From assembly GCF_964213995.1 (NCBI RefSeq), contig NC_135814.1:85374001-85438000 (forward strand): DNA of 64,000 nt, written 5' to 3'. Below are positions 26,058-39,248 of this stretch, one piece after another. How positions within the stretch are numbered: position 1 is the stretch's first letter; the number at the start of each line of letters is the position of its first letter. A model generated the notes under the pieces. It was given only the letters and a program-made list of their open reading frames with translations, did no database searches and was not told the DNA's origin. Source of the stretch: Mustelus asterias. Taxonomy: Eukaryota. A program made the translations under genes and the position numbers.

Positions 26058-27807
26058 TGTTTTCTCTTCGGGAAATGACGCTAGTGCTTAAGATATTTGG
26101 ATTAAAACCTATTCTTGGGTAGAATTTTCACAGAAGGTCTTTCAATCTTTCATCAATGGAGGTAATGAGATAATTCTGGAGAAGTGATATAAATCAATTT
26201 AACAGCTGGTATAGCAAGCATCAAACTTTGGTTTTCTCATTTCCCTGCCCTTGGTATGCATTGACAATGGCCCACATAGATGGGTTTTTTTCATTGCTGG
26301 CTTCAGCTCCACACCATCACCGCATTCTCTTTGTGTTGAAGTCGCTGTATTGTTGGGCCACCATTCTCAAGAATAATACTAACAAAACACATTGCTCCCA
26401 GTTTCTCATCTCTCCTGCTCTCAAGGGGCTTAGTATGATTTCAATGGCCCTTGACTATCTTAACTAAGTGTCCTGTGTGTGAGAGTCGATAAGGCATTGG
26501 CCTGTGAGGATCATCAAAGCTTTACCCAATCCCTGTCTGGGTAAAATTCACTGAAGGAGTCGATGTAACCTTGGATTACATCTTTCCTTGAAGTTAACAA
26601 AAGGGAAGTAAACTGAATCCATGGTAGGACCGCTTGGTTAAGTGGAATGCATGTCATGTAACATGTGGGAAGTTGTGAATGCTACCGGAGTCCTAGAAGA
26701 CCACATGTGCTGGGAGTGTCACCAACTACAGAAACCTGAGCTCCGTGCTTTGCAGTTCAAGCAGTGGCTGGAGTCACTGTGGCACAGAGCTACATATTCA
26801 GAGAGGTGGTCACACCACAGCTTAGGGGCCTGGAGGCAGAAAGGGAATAGGTGACCCAGGCAGTCCAAGAGAACCAGGCTAGTACAGCAGTCCGCTAGGG
26901 TCCCGCTCACCAATCGGTTTTCCATTTTGGATACTGGTGAAGTTGGTTCCTCGGAGGAGTACTGTCAGAACTAAGTTTGTGGGTGGCTTGGCTGTACTGG
27001 AGGGGAGGAAGAAGAAAGGAAGAGCAGTAGTGATAGGAGATTCACCAGTTAGAGGAACACGCAGGTGTTTCTGTGGCCGTAGACATGACCCCAGGCTGGT
27101 ATGTTGCCTCCCTGGTTCCAGAGTTAAGGATGTATTGGAGCAGCAGCAGGACATTCTTCTGGGGCAGAGTGATCAGTCAGAGGTCATGGTCCACGTTAGT
27201 ACCAATGACTTAGGTGAGAAAGGGAATGGGTCCTGAAAGCAGATTGTAGGCATCCAGGAAGGAGATTGAAAAACAGGACCTGTAAAGCAGTAATCTCAGG
27301 ATGACACCTAGTCCCACATTAAAGTGAACATTAAATTGGAGAATTGAGGAATGGACATGTGGCAGAAAAGCTGGTGCAAGAGGAAGAGCATTAGGCTTCT
27401 GAAGTTTTGGGACTGTTTCTGGGGAAGGTGAGACATGTACAAGTAGGACGGTCTACACATGAACAGGACTGGGATGAACATCCTTGCAGGGAGATTTGCT
27501 AGTGCTTTTGAGGGGGGGTTTAAACTAGATTGGTAGGAGGATGGGAACCTGAGGGCATATTAAGAGCAGGGAATGAGAGATGGAAAATTAGCGGTGACTG
27601 AAAAACCAAAAAAGCATAGGTTTAAAAAGTGTATGACACAGGAATGTGGCAGTGTTAAGAGTTAAAATGCAAGGAGTGTAGTAAATGAAGCTGATGATCT
27701 GAGGGCACAGATAGACAAATGGCAGCATGATATCATCGCTATAATAGAAACCTAGTTTAAAGAGGGGCAAAAATGGCAGCTCAACATCCCTGGATATAGA
27801 GTTTACA

Positions 27808-27926
27808 CAGTAAGAAGTCTAACAACATCAGGTTAAAGTCCAACTTTAAAGTTTAAAGTTGGACTTTAACCTGGTGTTGTGAGACTTCTTACTGTGTTTA
27901 CCCCAGTCCAACGCTGGCATCTCCAC
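27808..27926. mobile_element. Micro fold-back PLE insertion
   Basis: Direct repeat atatagagtttaca (27794-27807 / 27927-27940); ~43-bp inverted arms of PLE terminal sequence. Confidence 0.85.
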
Positions 27927-28455
27927 ATATAGAGTTTACAGGCAGGATATGGACGAGGATAAAAAGGTGGGGATGTAGCATTATTGGTAAAAGAATCAAA
28001 TACAGCTGTGAAGTGAGATGATATACTAAATGTATCATCAAATGAGGCCATATCGATTGAGCTCAGAAATAAAAAAGGGGCAGCCACAATGCTAGGAACA
28101 TACTATAGACCCCCCAAATAGTAGAAGAGTTAGAAGAGCAAATATGCAGGCAAAGTTCTGACTGCAATAGCAATAGGGCAGTAATTGTTGGGGACTTCAA
28201 CTACCCAAATATCAATTGGGATTTGAACACTGTGAAGACCACAGTGGCACAAAATTCTTGAACTGCATTCAAAAGAACTTTTTTAGCGATAAGTCCAACA
28301 AGAGGGGATGCAATTCTGGATTTAGTCTTAGGAATTGAAGCTGGGCAAGTGGATGAGGTAGCAGTGGGAGACCACTTTGGAGATAGTGACCATAATATAT
28401 TTAGATTTAGCATCATTATGGAAGAAACATAGAAACTAGAAGCAGGAGTCGGCCA

Positions 28456-29006
28456 GGAGGTATTGGATGAGGTCTTACTTGATAAAGGATATACTGGCAC
28501 TGGAGGGGGTGCAGAGGAGATTCACTAGGTTGATTCCGGAGTTGAGAGGGTTGGCTTATGAGGAGAGACTGAGTAGACTGGGGCTATACTCATTGGAATT
28601 CAGAAGAATGAGGGGAGATCTTATAGAAACATATAAAATTATGAAGGGAATAGATAAGATAGAAGCAAGGAAGTTGTTTCCACTGGCGGGTGAAACTAGA
28701 ACTAGGGGGCATAGCCTCAAAATAAGGGGAAGCAGATTTAGGACTGAGTTGAGGAGGAACTTCTTCACACAAAGGGTTGTGAATCTGTGGAATTCCCTGC
28801 CCAGTGAAGCAGTTGAGGCTACCTCATTGAGTGTTTTTAAGGCAAGGATAGATAAATTTTTGAACAGTAAAGGAATTAAGGGTTATGATGAGCAGGCGGG
28901 TAAGTGGAGCTGAGTCCACAAAAAGATCAGCCATGTTCTTATTGAATGGCGAAGCAGGCTTGAGGGACCAAATGGCCTACTCCTGCTCCTAGTTCTTATG
29001 TTCTTA
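28456..29006 (+). mobile_element. CR1 3' fragment (third-level nesting)
   Basis: ORF 28467-28913 (LEGVQRRFTRLIPE...RVVNLWNSLP); tail ttcttatgttctta; near-identical to 38485-38971. Confidence 0.9.
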
Positions 29007-29263
29007 TTCGGCCCTTCGAACGTGCTCCGCCATTCATTTTGATCATGGCTGATCATCGAATTCAATATCCTGATCCCCACTTCCTCTCATATCCTTGATC
29101 CCTTTAGCCCCTCGAGCTATATCTAATTTCTTCTTGAAATCAGACAAAGTTTTGGTCTCAACTGCATTCTGTGGTCGTGATTTCAGCACAGTCACCATCC
29201 TCTGGGTGAAGAAATTTCTCCTCACCTTAGTTCTAAAAGGTTTTCCACTTATCCTCAAACTAT

Positions 29264-29321
29264 CACAGTAACTTCATTGCAGTGTTGATGTAAGCCTAGT
29301 TGTGACTAATAAATAAATTTT
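29264..29321 (+). mobile_element. Isolated Rex/Babar-like SINE tail
   Basis: tcacagtaacttcattgcagtgttgatgtaagcctagttgtgactaataaataaa. Confidence 0.75.
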
Positions 29322-30883
29322 AGTTCTGGACTCCCCCACCATTGGGAAATTCTTTCTGAATCTACCCTGTCCAACCCTGTTAGAATTTTATAAGTTTCTA
29401 TGAGATCCCCTCTCACTTCTGAACTCCAGTGAATATAATCCTAACCGACTTAATCTCTCCTCATATGGCAGACCTGCCATCCCAGGAATCAGCCTGGTAA
29501 ACTTTTGCAGTATTCCCTCTATAGCAACGACATCCTTCCTCAGATAAGGACACCAAAACAGCACACAATGTTCCAGGTGTGACCTCACCAAAGCCCTATA
29601 CAACTGCAATAAAACATCCCTATCCCTATACTCAAATGTTCTCGCTATGAAGGCCAACATAGCATTTGCCTTCTTTACTGCCTGCTGTACCTGTACGCTT
29701 ACTTTCAGAGAACAAAGATAGAACAGGAGTAAAGGTTTTAAACTGGGGGAAGACAAATTTTACAAAGCTGAGAGGTGAACTGGCGAAAGTGGACTGGATA
29801 CAGCCACTTGAAGTGAAAACAGTGTCAAATCAGTGGGAGGCATTCGAAGACAAGATTCTGAGGGCACAATGTAGACATGTCCCCACAGAGGAAAAGGAGT
29901 GGTACTGCCCGCTGATTATCCAGAAGCATACAGGGTAAGATAAAGCAGAAAAAGAAAGCTTAAGATAGCCACAAAATGCTTAATACCTTTGAAAGCCTGG
30001 AGGAGTGTAGAAATTACAGGGGTGAAGTAAGAAAGGAAATTGGGAAAGCAAAGAGAAGGTACAAAAATATTGGCAGGTAATATCAAAGAAAACCCAAAGA
30101 TGTTTTACCAGTCCATTAAGAGCAAGAGAATGCTAAGGGAAGAGGTATATAAGAGATTTACAGGATAACTTGCGCATTAATTGAGAAGATGTAGGTAAGA
30201 TTCTTTGAGTACTTTGTCTCTGTCTTCATGATGGAGCGGGATGATGCAGACATTCTCGTTAGAGGAGGAGTGTAAAACATTAGATACAATAAGCATAATG
30301 AGAGAGAAAGTACCGGAGGGACTGACATCCTTGAAGGTGAATAAATCACCAGGGCCAGATGGGTTATATCCAAGGCTGTTGAAGGAAGCCAGGAAGGAAA
30401 TGGATGCTCTGAGGCTCATTTTCCAATCCTCACTAGATACAGGCACCAGAGGACTGGAGGTCTGCAAACATTGTACCACTATTTTAAAAGGATGCAAGGG
30501 ATAGGCCAAAAAAATTATAGTCAGTCAGTCTGACTTTAGTGGTGGGCAATTTAATTGAATCAACTCTGAGAGACCGGATAAACTGTCACTGAGAAAGGGT
30601 CAGTCAGCATGGTTTTGCTCGGAAAAGATTGTGTCATATTAACTTAATCAAATTTTTTGAGGAAGTAGTAAGGAAGATTGATGAGGGTAGTGCTGTGGAT
30701 TTCAGTAAGGTATTTGACAAGGTCCCACAAGGCAGACTGCTCAGAAAAGTGAGATCTTAGGGCTTACAGGGGAAGGTGGCAGATTGGCTCAGTGACAGGA
30801 AACAAAGGATAATGGTCGATGGATGTTTTTGCAATTGGAAAGTTGTTTCCAGTGGCATTTCACAGGGTTCAGTGTTGGGAACC

Positions 30884-31435
30884 ACACCTGGAATATTGTG
30901 AATAGTTTTGGTCTCCTTATTTAGGGTAAGATATATTGGCATTAGAGACAGTCCAGAGAAAGTTTACTAGGTTAATCCTGGGTATGGAGGGGTTTTCTAA
31001 TGAGGAGAGGTTGAACAGGTTGGGCCTGTACTCATTGGAGTTTAGAAGAATGAGAGGTGACCTTATTGAGACATATAGGATTCTCAGAGGGGTTGAAAGA
31101 GTAGATGCTGAGAGATTGTTTCCCTTTGTAGTAGAGTCGAGGACCACAGCGCATAATCTCAGAGTAAGCGGTCACCCATTGAGACAGAGATGAGAAGGAA
31201 TTTCTTCTCTTAGAGGGTAGTGAATCTGTGGAATTCTCTACCACAGAGAGCTGTAGAGGTTGGGTCATTAGGTATGTTCAAGGCTGAGATAGACAGATTT
31301 TTAATCAATAAGGGAATCAAGGATTATGGGGATAAAGTGGCAAAGTGGAGTTGAGGATTATCATAGCAGATCAGCCATGGCGGAGCAGACCCAATGGACC
31401 AAATGGCCTACTTCTATTCCTACATCTTATGGTAC
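30884..31435 (+). mobile_element. CR1 3' fragment nested in the old CR1 RT
   Basis: ORF 30936-31193; the host CR1 resumes after tcttatggt. Confidence 0.8.
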
Positions 31436-32399
31436 TGGCAGTTTGTAGTATATATGAACAATCTGGACTAAAATGTGGAAGGCATGATTGGGAATTCAGT
31501 CCAGAGAAATGTGCGGTAATGCATTTAGGAATCAAACAAAGGAAGGGAATACTCAATAAATGGGAGGATATTGAGAGCGGTTGAGAAAATGAGAGACGTT
31601 GGAGTGCATGTCCACAGGTCCTTAAAGGTGGCAGGATAGGTGGACAAGGTGGTAAAGGTTATACAGCTTCCATCATTACATTCCTGCTTTTCTATTCAAT
31701 ACCTCATCCAATAAAGGATGAGGTATTGAATAGAAAAGCAGGAATGTAGTGATGGAACTGTATAAAATGCTGGTTAGGCCACAGCTGGAATTTAGTGTAC
31801 AGTTCTGGTCACCACATTACTGGAAGGATGCAATTGCTGTGGAGAGATTGCAGGGGGAGATTTACAAGAATGTTGCCAGGGCTTGAAAATTGCAGCTATG
31901 AGGAGAGATTGGAGAGGCTTGAGTTGTTTTCCTTCAAACAGAAAATGCTAAGGGGTGACCTAATTGAGGTGTACAAAATTATTCGGGGCCTAGATAGGGA
32001 AAACATCATAGACCTGTTTCCCTGAGCTTGGAGAGGGGGGGGGGGGGGGGGGTTAAATTCCAGAGGGCATAGATTTAAGGTAATTGGTAGAAGGATTAGG
32101 GAGGACATGAGGGAACATTTTTTCACCCAGAGGGTGGGGTGTCTTGGTGGTTGATGCTGAAGCACTCAACTGCAAAGCTGGTAGTGAGATTAAAATGAGC
32201 TGCTAGTTTATCTTTTCTCTCTTTTTGGCTGATGCAGATATGATGAGCTGAATGTCCTCTTTTCGTACTGTAACATTTCTATGGTTTGATGGATCTTTCT
32301 GCTCTTTATATCTGGGTACCACAACACATGCTGAGCTGAGTCACGAAACAAGTATTTTGTGTCCATCTTCACAGTTATTTATTTAGCAAATGTAAATCC

Positions 32400-33090
32400 C
32401 AATTTGCTGATTCTAAGTTGATTAGTTTGCCACTTGGCCTGTAGAGGGGACAGTCCTCGGTTATGTGCAGCATTCTTTGTGTCTTTCATAAGTGGATCAG
32501 GCCCCAGTGATGGAGGTTGGCTGCGCAGGTACCCTGGCCTTTCCTTATTTAGCATGAACCACTCTCACCGGGGTACTTTGAAGCCAACCATTCGACCAGT
32601 GACTTCCTGTGTTTCCCATTCATTGATGCAAAGGATGTCTACCAATGGATCTTCCTCAGGTAGGGCGCTTCACATGGGACTTTGAGGTGGAAGGCAAGCA
32701 GTAGGTGAGTTGAACAGGTCATTCCAAAGTGAGGTGCAGCATGGATGGTTTAAACAAGTGTGTGGGTTTTCTTCAGTCGGCAGTGGATGTGTGGTGGAGT
32801 GATGTTTGCAAGAACAGGAAGCCAGGGGAGCGGTTTTGAGCAGAAGGTTCCAGTTATAATGCACATTATTGCATTCAGTTGAGTATCAACAAGATGTGTC
32901 TTTGATGGCCTTTGCCAGACAGTACTCTGCTGCAGAGTATGATAGGGCAAGGACGGAGGTCTGGAGTGTTGTGGCAGCAGCGCCTCACGTAGATCCAGCA
33001 AGTTTGGTTTCTTTCTCGTTTTGACCTTTGCTGCTGTTTTCTTCAAATGTTCCCAGAAGGACAAAGTCCCGTCCCATCCCAAGTATGTTG
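32400..33090 (-). mobile_element. Vingi/Ingi-like LINE 3' fragment
   Basis: YLG..GTLSFWEHLKKTAAKVKTR / KLAGST / LVDTQLNAIMCIITGT..PLPWLPVLANITPPHIH. Confidence 0.7.
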
Positions 33091-33282
33091 GATTGGGATT
33101 TGATACAGTGCCACACAACAGACCTGTGAGAAAAATTATAACTCATGGAGTAGAAGTAGCAATGTGGATACAAAATTGGCTGAGTAATGGGAAATAGAGA
33201 GTAACGATTAGTGGATATTTTTAGGGCTGGAGGAAGTTTGGAGTGGAGTAACGGTATTGGGACCCTTTCTGTAGTGGAATTC

Positions 33283-34514
33283 ATGATGTGGAGATGCCGG
33301 CGTTGGATTGGGGTAAACACAGTAAGAAGTCTCACAACACCAGGTTAAAGTCCAACAGGTTTATTTGGTAGCAAAAACCACTAGCTTTCAAAGCGCTCGC
33401 TGCTCCTTCGTCAGGTGAGTGGTCTTTCAGTTCACAAACAGGACACATAAAGACACAAACTCAATTTACAAAATAATGGTTGGAATGCGAGTCTTTACAG
33501 GTAATCAAGTCTCAAAGGTACAGACAATGTGAGTGGAGAGAGGGTTAAGCACAGGTTAAAGAGATGTGTATTGTCTCCAGCCAGGACAGTTAGTGAGATT
33601 TTGCAAGCCCAGGCAAGTCGTGGGGGTCACAGATAGTGTGACATGAATCCAAGATCCTGGTTGAGGCCGTCCTCATGTGTGCGGAACTTGGCTATCAGTC
33701 TCTGCTCAGCGACTCTGCGCTGTCATGTGTCGTGAAGGCCGCCTTGGAGAACACTTACCCGAAGATCAGAGGCCGAATGCCCATGACCACTGAAGTGTTC
33801 CCCAACAGGAAGAGCGGTGTCGAGCGGTGTTCATTCATCTGTTGTCGTAGCGTCTGCATGGTCTCCCCAATGTACCATGCCTCGGGACATCCTTTCCTGC
33901 AGCGTATCAGGTAGACAACGTTGGCCGAGTTGCAAGTGTATGTACCGTGTACCTGGTGGATGGTGTTCTCACATGAGATGATGGCATCCATGTCGATGAT
34001 CCGGCATGTCTTGCAGAGGTTGCTGTGGCAGGGTTGTGTGGTGTCATGGTCACTGTTCTCCTGAAGGCTGGGTAGTTTGCTGCGGACAATGGTCTGTATG
34101 AGGTTGTGCGGTTGTTTGAAGGCAAGAAGTGGGGGTGTGGGGATAGCCTTGGCGAGATGTTCGTCTTCATCAATGACATGTTGAAGGCTCGGGAGAAGAT
34201 GTTGTAGCTTCTCTGCTCCGGGGAAGTGTTGGACGACGAAGGGTAACTCTGTCCATCGTGTCCTGTGTTTGTCTTCTGAGGAGGTCGGTGCGGTTTTTTG
34301 CTGTGGCACGTCGGAACTGTCGATTGATGAGTCGAGCGCCATATCCTGTTCTTATGAGGGCATCTTTCAATGTCTGGAGGTGTCTGTTGTGATCCTCCTC
34401 ATCTGAGCAGATCCTGTGTATACGGAGGGCTTGTCCGTAGGGGATGGCTTCTTTAACGCGTTTAGGGTGGAAGCTGGAGAAATGGAGCATCGTGAGGTTA
34501 TCCATGGGCTTGCG
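33283..34514 (-). mobile_element. Penelope-like element (Neptune type), 5'-truncated
   Basis: 12-bp TSD gtagtggaattc (33271-33282 / 34515-34526); HPKRVKEAIPYGQALR thumb region, C-x4-C-x2-C linker (PCHSNLCKTC) and GIY-YIG VVYLIRC...WYIGET. Confidence 0.93.
33379..33417 (-). ncRNA. Minimal type I hammerhead ribozyme motif (PLE-type)
   Basis: Minus strand CAC-CTGACGA-A-GGAGCAGCGAGCGCTTT-GAAA-GC-TA-GTG. Confidence 0.6.
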
Positions 34515-36627
34515 GTAGTGGAATTCCCCATGGGTTAGTATTGGGGCCCTTACTTTTCCTGATATGTATTAATGATCGAGATCTTCTATTCATACATGGG
34601 TGTTGTGTGTTGCTGGCTAAGCATCCCATTGCCCTTGAAGTGAATGGCTTGCTAGGTCATTACAGAAGACATTTAAGTGTCAAGTGAGTCTGAATTCTCA
34701 GGTAGGCCAGATCAGATAAGGATGCTTCTATACCTTATGGCCTTATTTACCAATCTGATTGAAGAATCGTTAAATGAGTACCACGGAGGCTGAACCAGAA
34801 AGTGTCTTCTGGAATATTTAATTCAATTTTAAGGCAGGTGCAGAAAGCAAAATAAAGAGAGGAAAACTGGGATTAAGAGACAGAGGGCAAGAAAAAAAGA
34901 CAAAGAAATGATTGGGGGAGATTAACTGGCCCCACTGGTGCAGCACAGATCCCGTTCTGGCCAGAGACACTTGCCGGGGGAGGGAGCTCATTTGGAGATT
35001 CTTCCTGGCTCCTGCCGGCGGCAACGTAACCTGATTCAGGCCCAGCGAGGGTGTAAACCAGGTTAGCATATGTAAACCTTCATTTAAATATGCAGGATCT
35101 GTTTTAAACTAGATTCACCTGGCTCCAGAATCCACTCACCCACCAGCACAACGTGAAGCCAGTGGGAAGCACTACAGACCTCACAAGTAGAGACATGATG
35201 ACCATGCCAGGAGAGTGGGGTGGGGGGGAGCTCAGAGGCCATTGAGTGGTCAGGGACATGGCTGAGCAATGCCCGAGCACTTCCCACTGGCCACCCTCAG
35301 TTTGGCACTGGCAAGGTGCTGGGGGAAGTGCCAGGTTGGCACTGCCACGGGATGGGGCCTGAAAGGAGGAAAATCTGAAGGGGGCTGAGCATGAGGGGCA
35401 GGGCGTGAGGTGGTGGGGCCTGAAGGTTTCTGAAGGGGAAGAGGCCTGAGGAGAGGGCCTTTGTTGACCCCATAGCAGGGTCTCACTCACGTGACGGGGG
35501 GAGCACTGAGAAAGGGCTCTGAGGAATGCGGGACCTAATGCTGGACAGTGGGCGAGGGGGCCTTTAACCCGGTGTCTTTAAGCCCCACCCCTCTCATTAA
35601 CAACGCAAATCATGCTCCCCCCAAAAGAAAATGGGGAAGGATTGTGATAGCGATCATGCCAACCAATCCAGCAGGAATTATACCGTGTTTCCCACTGGAA
35701 CTGACACTTAGGCATTTATTTTGGAGAATTGAGCCCATTGTTTTTAAATCTCTAAAAATGATGAAAATCTGAAGGAATTAGATTCCACACTTGTAAAAGC
35801 TGATTTTTAGAGCCAGAGATTTGTTTGGCAATAATTCAGATTTATCGCACCATTAAAAATTACACAGGAATGCACAAGCCCTACCCTTATTCCAGCATGT
35901 TTTGTGTATATTTATCATGTAAGTATAGAATCTTTCATGCCATTCCATCCGTTTGAATGTCAAGCCTATTGAGGGGATATAAAAAAGTTACTGGAGTAGC
36001 AGGGTAACTCGGATAGAAATATTTGGATTTCTGTATGTGGGTGCAGGTAGCAGATGTTGCCATCTGATTGACACTCAAATCACGTTAAGTGCTATTAGCC
36101 TCACCATTATTTCTACAGCAATTCCACACCATAACAAAAGCACAACAGAAATAGATTTCAATTTATAGGCAAATCTTAACTTGTATGAATTTCAGTACCA
36201 TATAAAGCATTTCAATTCAGTGATCTATGACTTCTTTATCACCAATTCATGAAATTGCATTAATATCAAATAATATAATGCTTACCGCAATCTAGTTCCT
36301 TGAATCATTTGTAGATTTTTCTCTAATTTTTTAGCAATATCAAAATAGCCATAGTATCCTTTTGTGAACATCATGGTGCACAGCACTGAGACTTTCTAAC
36401 ACCAAGAAAATGGCAAGAAATACTGGAACATTAACAGGAATGCTGAAAGGATTTAGCTCTAGCTCCACATTTCACACACAAAAGTCATATTACATAAAAT
36501 AGCAGACACCAGGAATGACTTTTAACGTTCTAAACTAATCACAAGAGTCAGATGATGCTCTCCAAACCTCATAATCAAATAATACCTCACTGGTGAGGGC
36601 TGGAGAGCAGTCCAGGGTAGGGAGGAC

Positions 36628-37110
36628 ATAAGACCATAAGATGTAGGAACAAAATTAGGCCATCGGCCCATCAGGTCTGTTCCGCCATTCAATCATGGCT
36701 GGCAAATTTCTCAACCCCATTCTCCCACCTTTACCCTTCACGAATCAAGAACCTATCTATCTCTGTTTTTAATATATTCAAATGACCTGACCTCTACAGC
36801 CTTTTCTGGCAATGAATCCCACAGATTCACCACTCTCTGGCTGAAGAAATTCCTCCTCATCTCGGTTCTAAAGGGTTGTCCCTTTACTCTGAGGCTGTGC
36901 CCTCGGATCCTAGTCTCTTCAACTAATGGAAACATCTTTTCCACATCCACTCTATCCAGGCCTTTCAATATTCTGTAAGTTTCAATGAGATCCCTCCTCA
37001 TCCTTCTAAACTCCATGGAGTACAGACACAGAGTCCTCAAACGCTCCTCATACGTCAAGCTTTTTATTCCCAGGATCATTCTCGTGAACCTGCTCTGGAC
37101 CTTCTCATGA
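36628..37110 (-). mobile_element. CR1 3' fragment
   Basis: ORF 36753-37079 (YEERLRTL...RVVNLWDSLP). Confidence 0.85.
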
Positions 37111-37473
37111 CCAATCTTAACGACTGGCTCTTGTTCCCATTGATTTTCCCTGTGTCCCAGCCAGATTCAGTAATTGGTTGATGGATTTGATTGGGAAATT
37201 CTGCAGCCAGTGCCACAGCTGGGGACTGTGGAAACCAGGTGGGGGTGAGGGGAGTGGTAGGTATGGAGAGGGTGTCCAGAGTAAGGGAGGCCCAAAGCTT
37301 CTTAATCAGCTGAGGAGCACTCCAGGCCCTACATGGAAAACTCAAATGAAATTTTCAAACCTAATTGTCTGAGCTTCCTCGAGCCCATCCTTCTGACAGG
37401 TCTAGACTGAGGGCGAAACTGTCACTGTCCCTGCTCAAACCTCCCAGCTATATCACATTTGGTCCTGACAATC

Positions 37474-38014
37474 TGTGTACAGTTCTGGTCACCTATTATA
37501 GAAAGGATATTAATAAACTAGAAAGAGTGCAGAAAAGATTTACTAGGATGCTACCGAGACTTGATGGTTTGAGTTATAAGGAGAGGCTGGATAGACTGGG
37601 ACTTTTTTCTCTGGCGCATAGGAGGCTTCGGGATGATCTTATAGAGGTCTATAAAATAATGAGGGGCATAGGTAAGATAGATAGTCAACATCCTTTCCCA
37701 AAGGTAGGGGAGTTTAACACTAGAGGGCATAGGTTTAAGGCGAGGGGGGAGCGATACAAAAGGATCCAGAGGGGCAATCTTTTCACACAGAGGGTTGTGA
37801 GTGTCTGGAACAAGCTGCCAGAGGTAGTAGTAGAGGCGGGTACAATTTTCTCTTTTAAAAAACGTTTAGATAGTTACATGGGTAAGATGGGTATAGAGGG
37901 ATCTGGGTCAAATGCGGGCAATTGGGATTAGCTTAGTGGTTTTAAAAAAAGGGCGCCATGGACAAGTTGGGCCGAAGGGCCTGTTTCCATGCTGTAAACC
38001 TCTTATGACTCTAT
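37474..38014 (+). mobile_element. CR1 (HER1-like) 3' fragment
   Basis: KLERVQKRFTRMLP...SVWNKLP; same family as 9555-11995. Confidence 0.9.
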
Positions 38015-38484
38015 AATCTCATCAACAGCCATTCTGCATATGTAAAGAAACATGGTAACATCGAGATACAGCAAGAAGGTGGAGGAGTAAATGACTACCC
38101 TGGTTTTCATTGCCAGTTGCTTGGTTTCCGTAGGCATGGGGAGTTAACATTGGGGCCTTGGGGCCTTGGTGCATTAACAGAACTCTTAACATTAACCATG
38201 GAATACCATTGTTTTCATTGTAGATTCCTATTTCTGTCGCTGGGGATAACTCTGTTCAATGGATTCTTTGTTGCAAACACTGCTTACAAATTCCTGCCTC
38301 CATGACACACTCTGCCATGTTATTTTCAAAATACGAATGTACAATTGAAATTAAGGGTATTGTTTACTTTGATTGGGTATGTGCGTTTTAGTCAGTATTT
38401 TAAATACCTGACTCAAAAGGCAAAGATCTCCCATTCATTCCCACTTCAGGTCTATGACTCTATGCACTTCCATCACAACACAAC

Positions 38485-38971
38485 ATGTTGATTCCAGAGT
38501 TGACAGGGTTGGCTTATGAGGAGAGACTGAGTAGACTGGGGCTATACTCATTGGAATTCAGAAGAATGAGGGGAGATCTTATAGAAACATGTAAGATTAT
38601 GAAGGGAATAGATCAGATTGAAGCAAGGAAGTTGTTTCCACTGGCGGGTGAAACTAGAACTAGGGGGCATAGCCTCAAAATAAGGGGAAGCAGATTTAGG
38701 ACTGAGTTGAGGAGGAACTTCTTCACACAAAGGATTGTGAATCTGTGGAATTCCCTGCCCAGAGAAGCAGTTGAGGCTACCTCATTGAATGTTTTTAAGG
38801 CAAGGATAGATACATTTTTGAACAGTAAAGGAATTAAGGGTTATGGTGAGCGGGCGGGTAAGTGGAGCTGAGTCCACAAAAAGATCAGCCATGATCCTAT
38901 TGAATGGCAGAGCAGGCTCGAAGGGCCAGATGGCCTACTCCTGCTCCTAATTCTTATGTTCTTATGTTCTT
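38485..38971 (+). mobile_element. CR1 3' fragment
   Basis: ORF 38485-38871, near-identical to 28467-28913. Confidence 0.9.
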
Positions 38972-39248
38972 GTAACATTTGCACAATCGATGTTCATTTT
39001 CAGCAGAGAGATTTTCAATCTGGAAATGCACTCAGCAACATCTTGCTAGCTGTTGAATTGACCTAACTGGGTAAGGCTTTTCAGACAGACAGCTCTTCAC
39101 AGAATCTTCAGCTTTACTGAATTAAAAAAGATTGGACAAAAGACAATTTGTCCAATCCAAATTGTTGTCGAATAGAATCCAACTATTCTTCAAACTATAC
39201 ACTTCCATTTAAGTGGAGTCTCTCCAAACAAGATACAAAAAATACAAA

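Larger units (their letters stand above)
28422..29708 (-). mobile_element. Younger CR1 3' fragment nested in the old CR1, itself interrupted
   Basis: ORF 29388-29756 (VKKANAMLAFIAR...HLEHC); its 3' end gaagcaggagtcggcca|ttcggccc is split by the 28456-29006 insertion. Confidence 0.85.
26620..32290 (+). mobile_element. Near full-length, heavily degenerate CR1 LINE (ORF1 zinc finger + esterase; ORF2 APE + RT) with nested insertions
   Basis: ORF1: CMSCNMWE...HMCWECHQL and AVVIGDSPVRG...VCCLPGSRVKDV. ORF2: DIIAIIET, YYRPP, VGDFNYPNINW, KSPGPDGLYPRLLKE, DFSKVFDKV. Confidence 0.88.
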
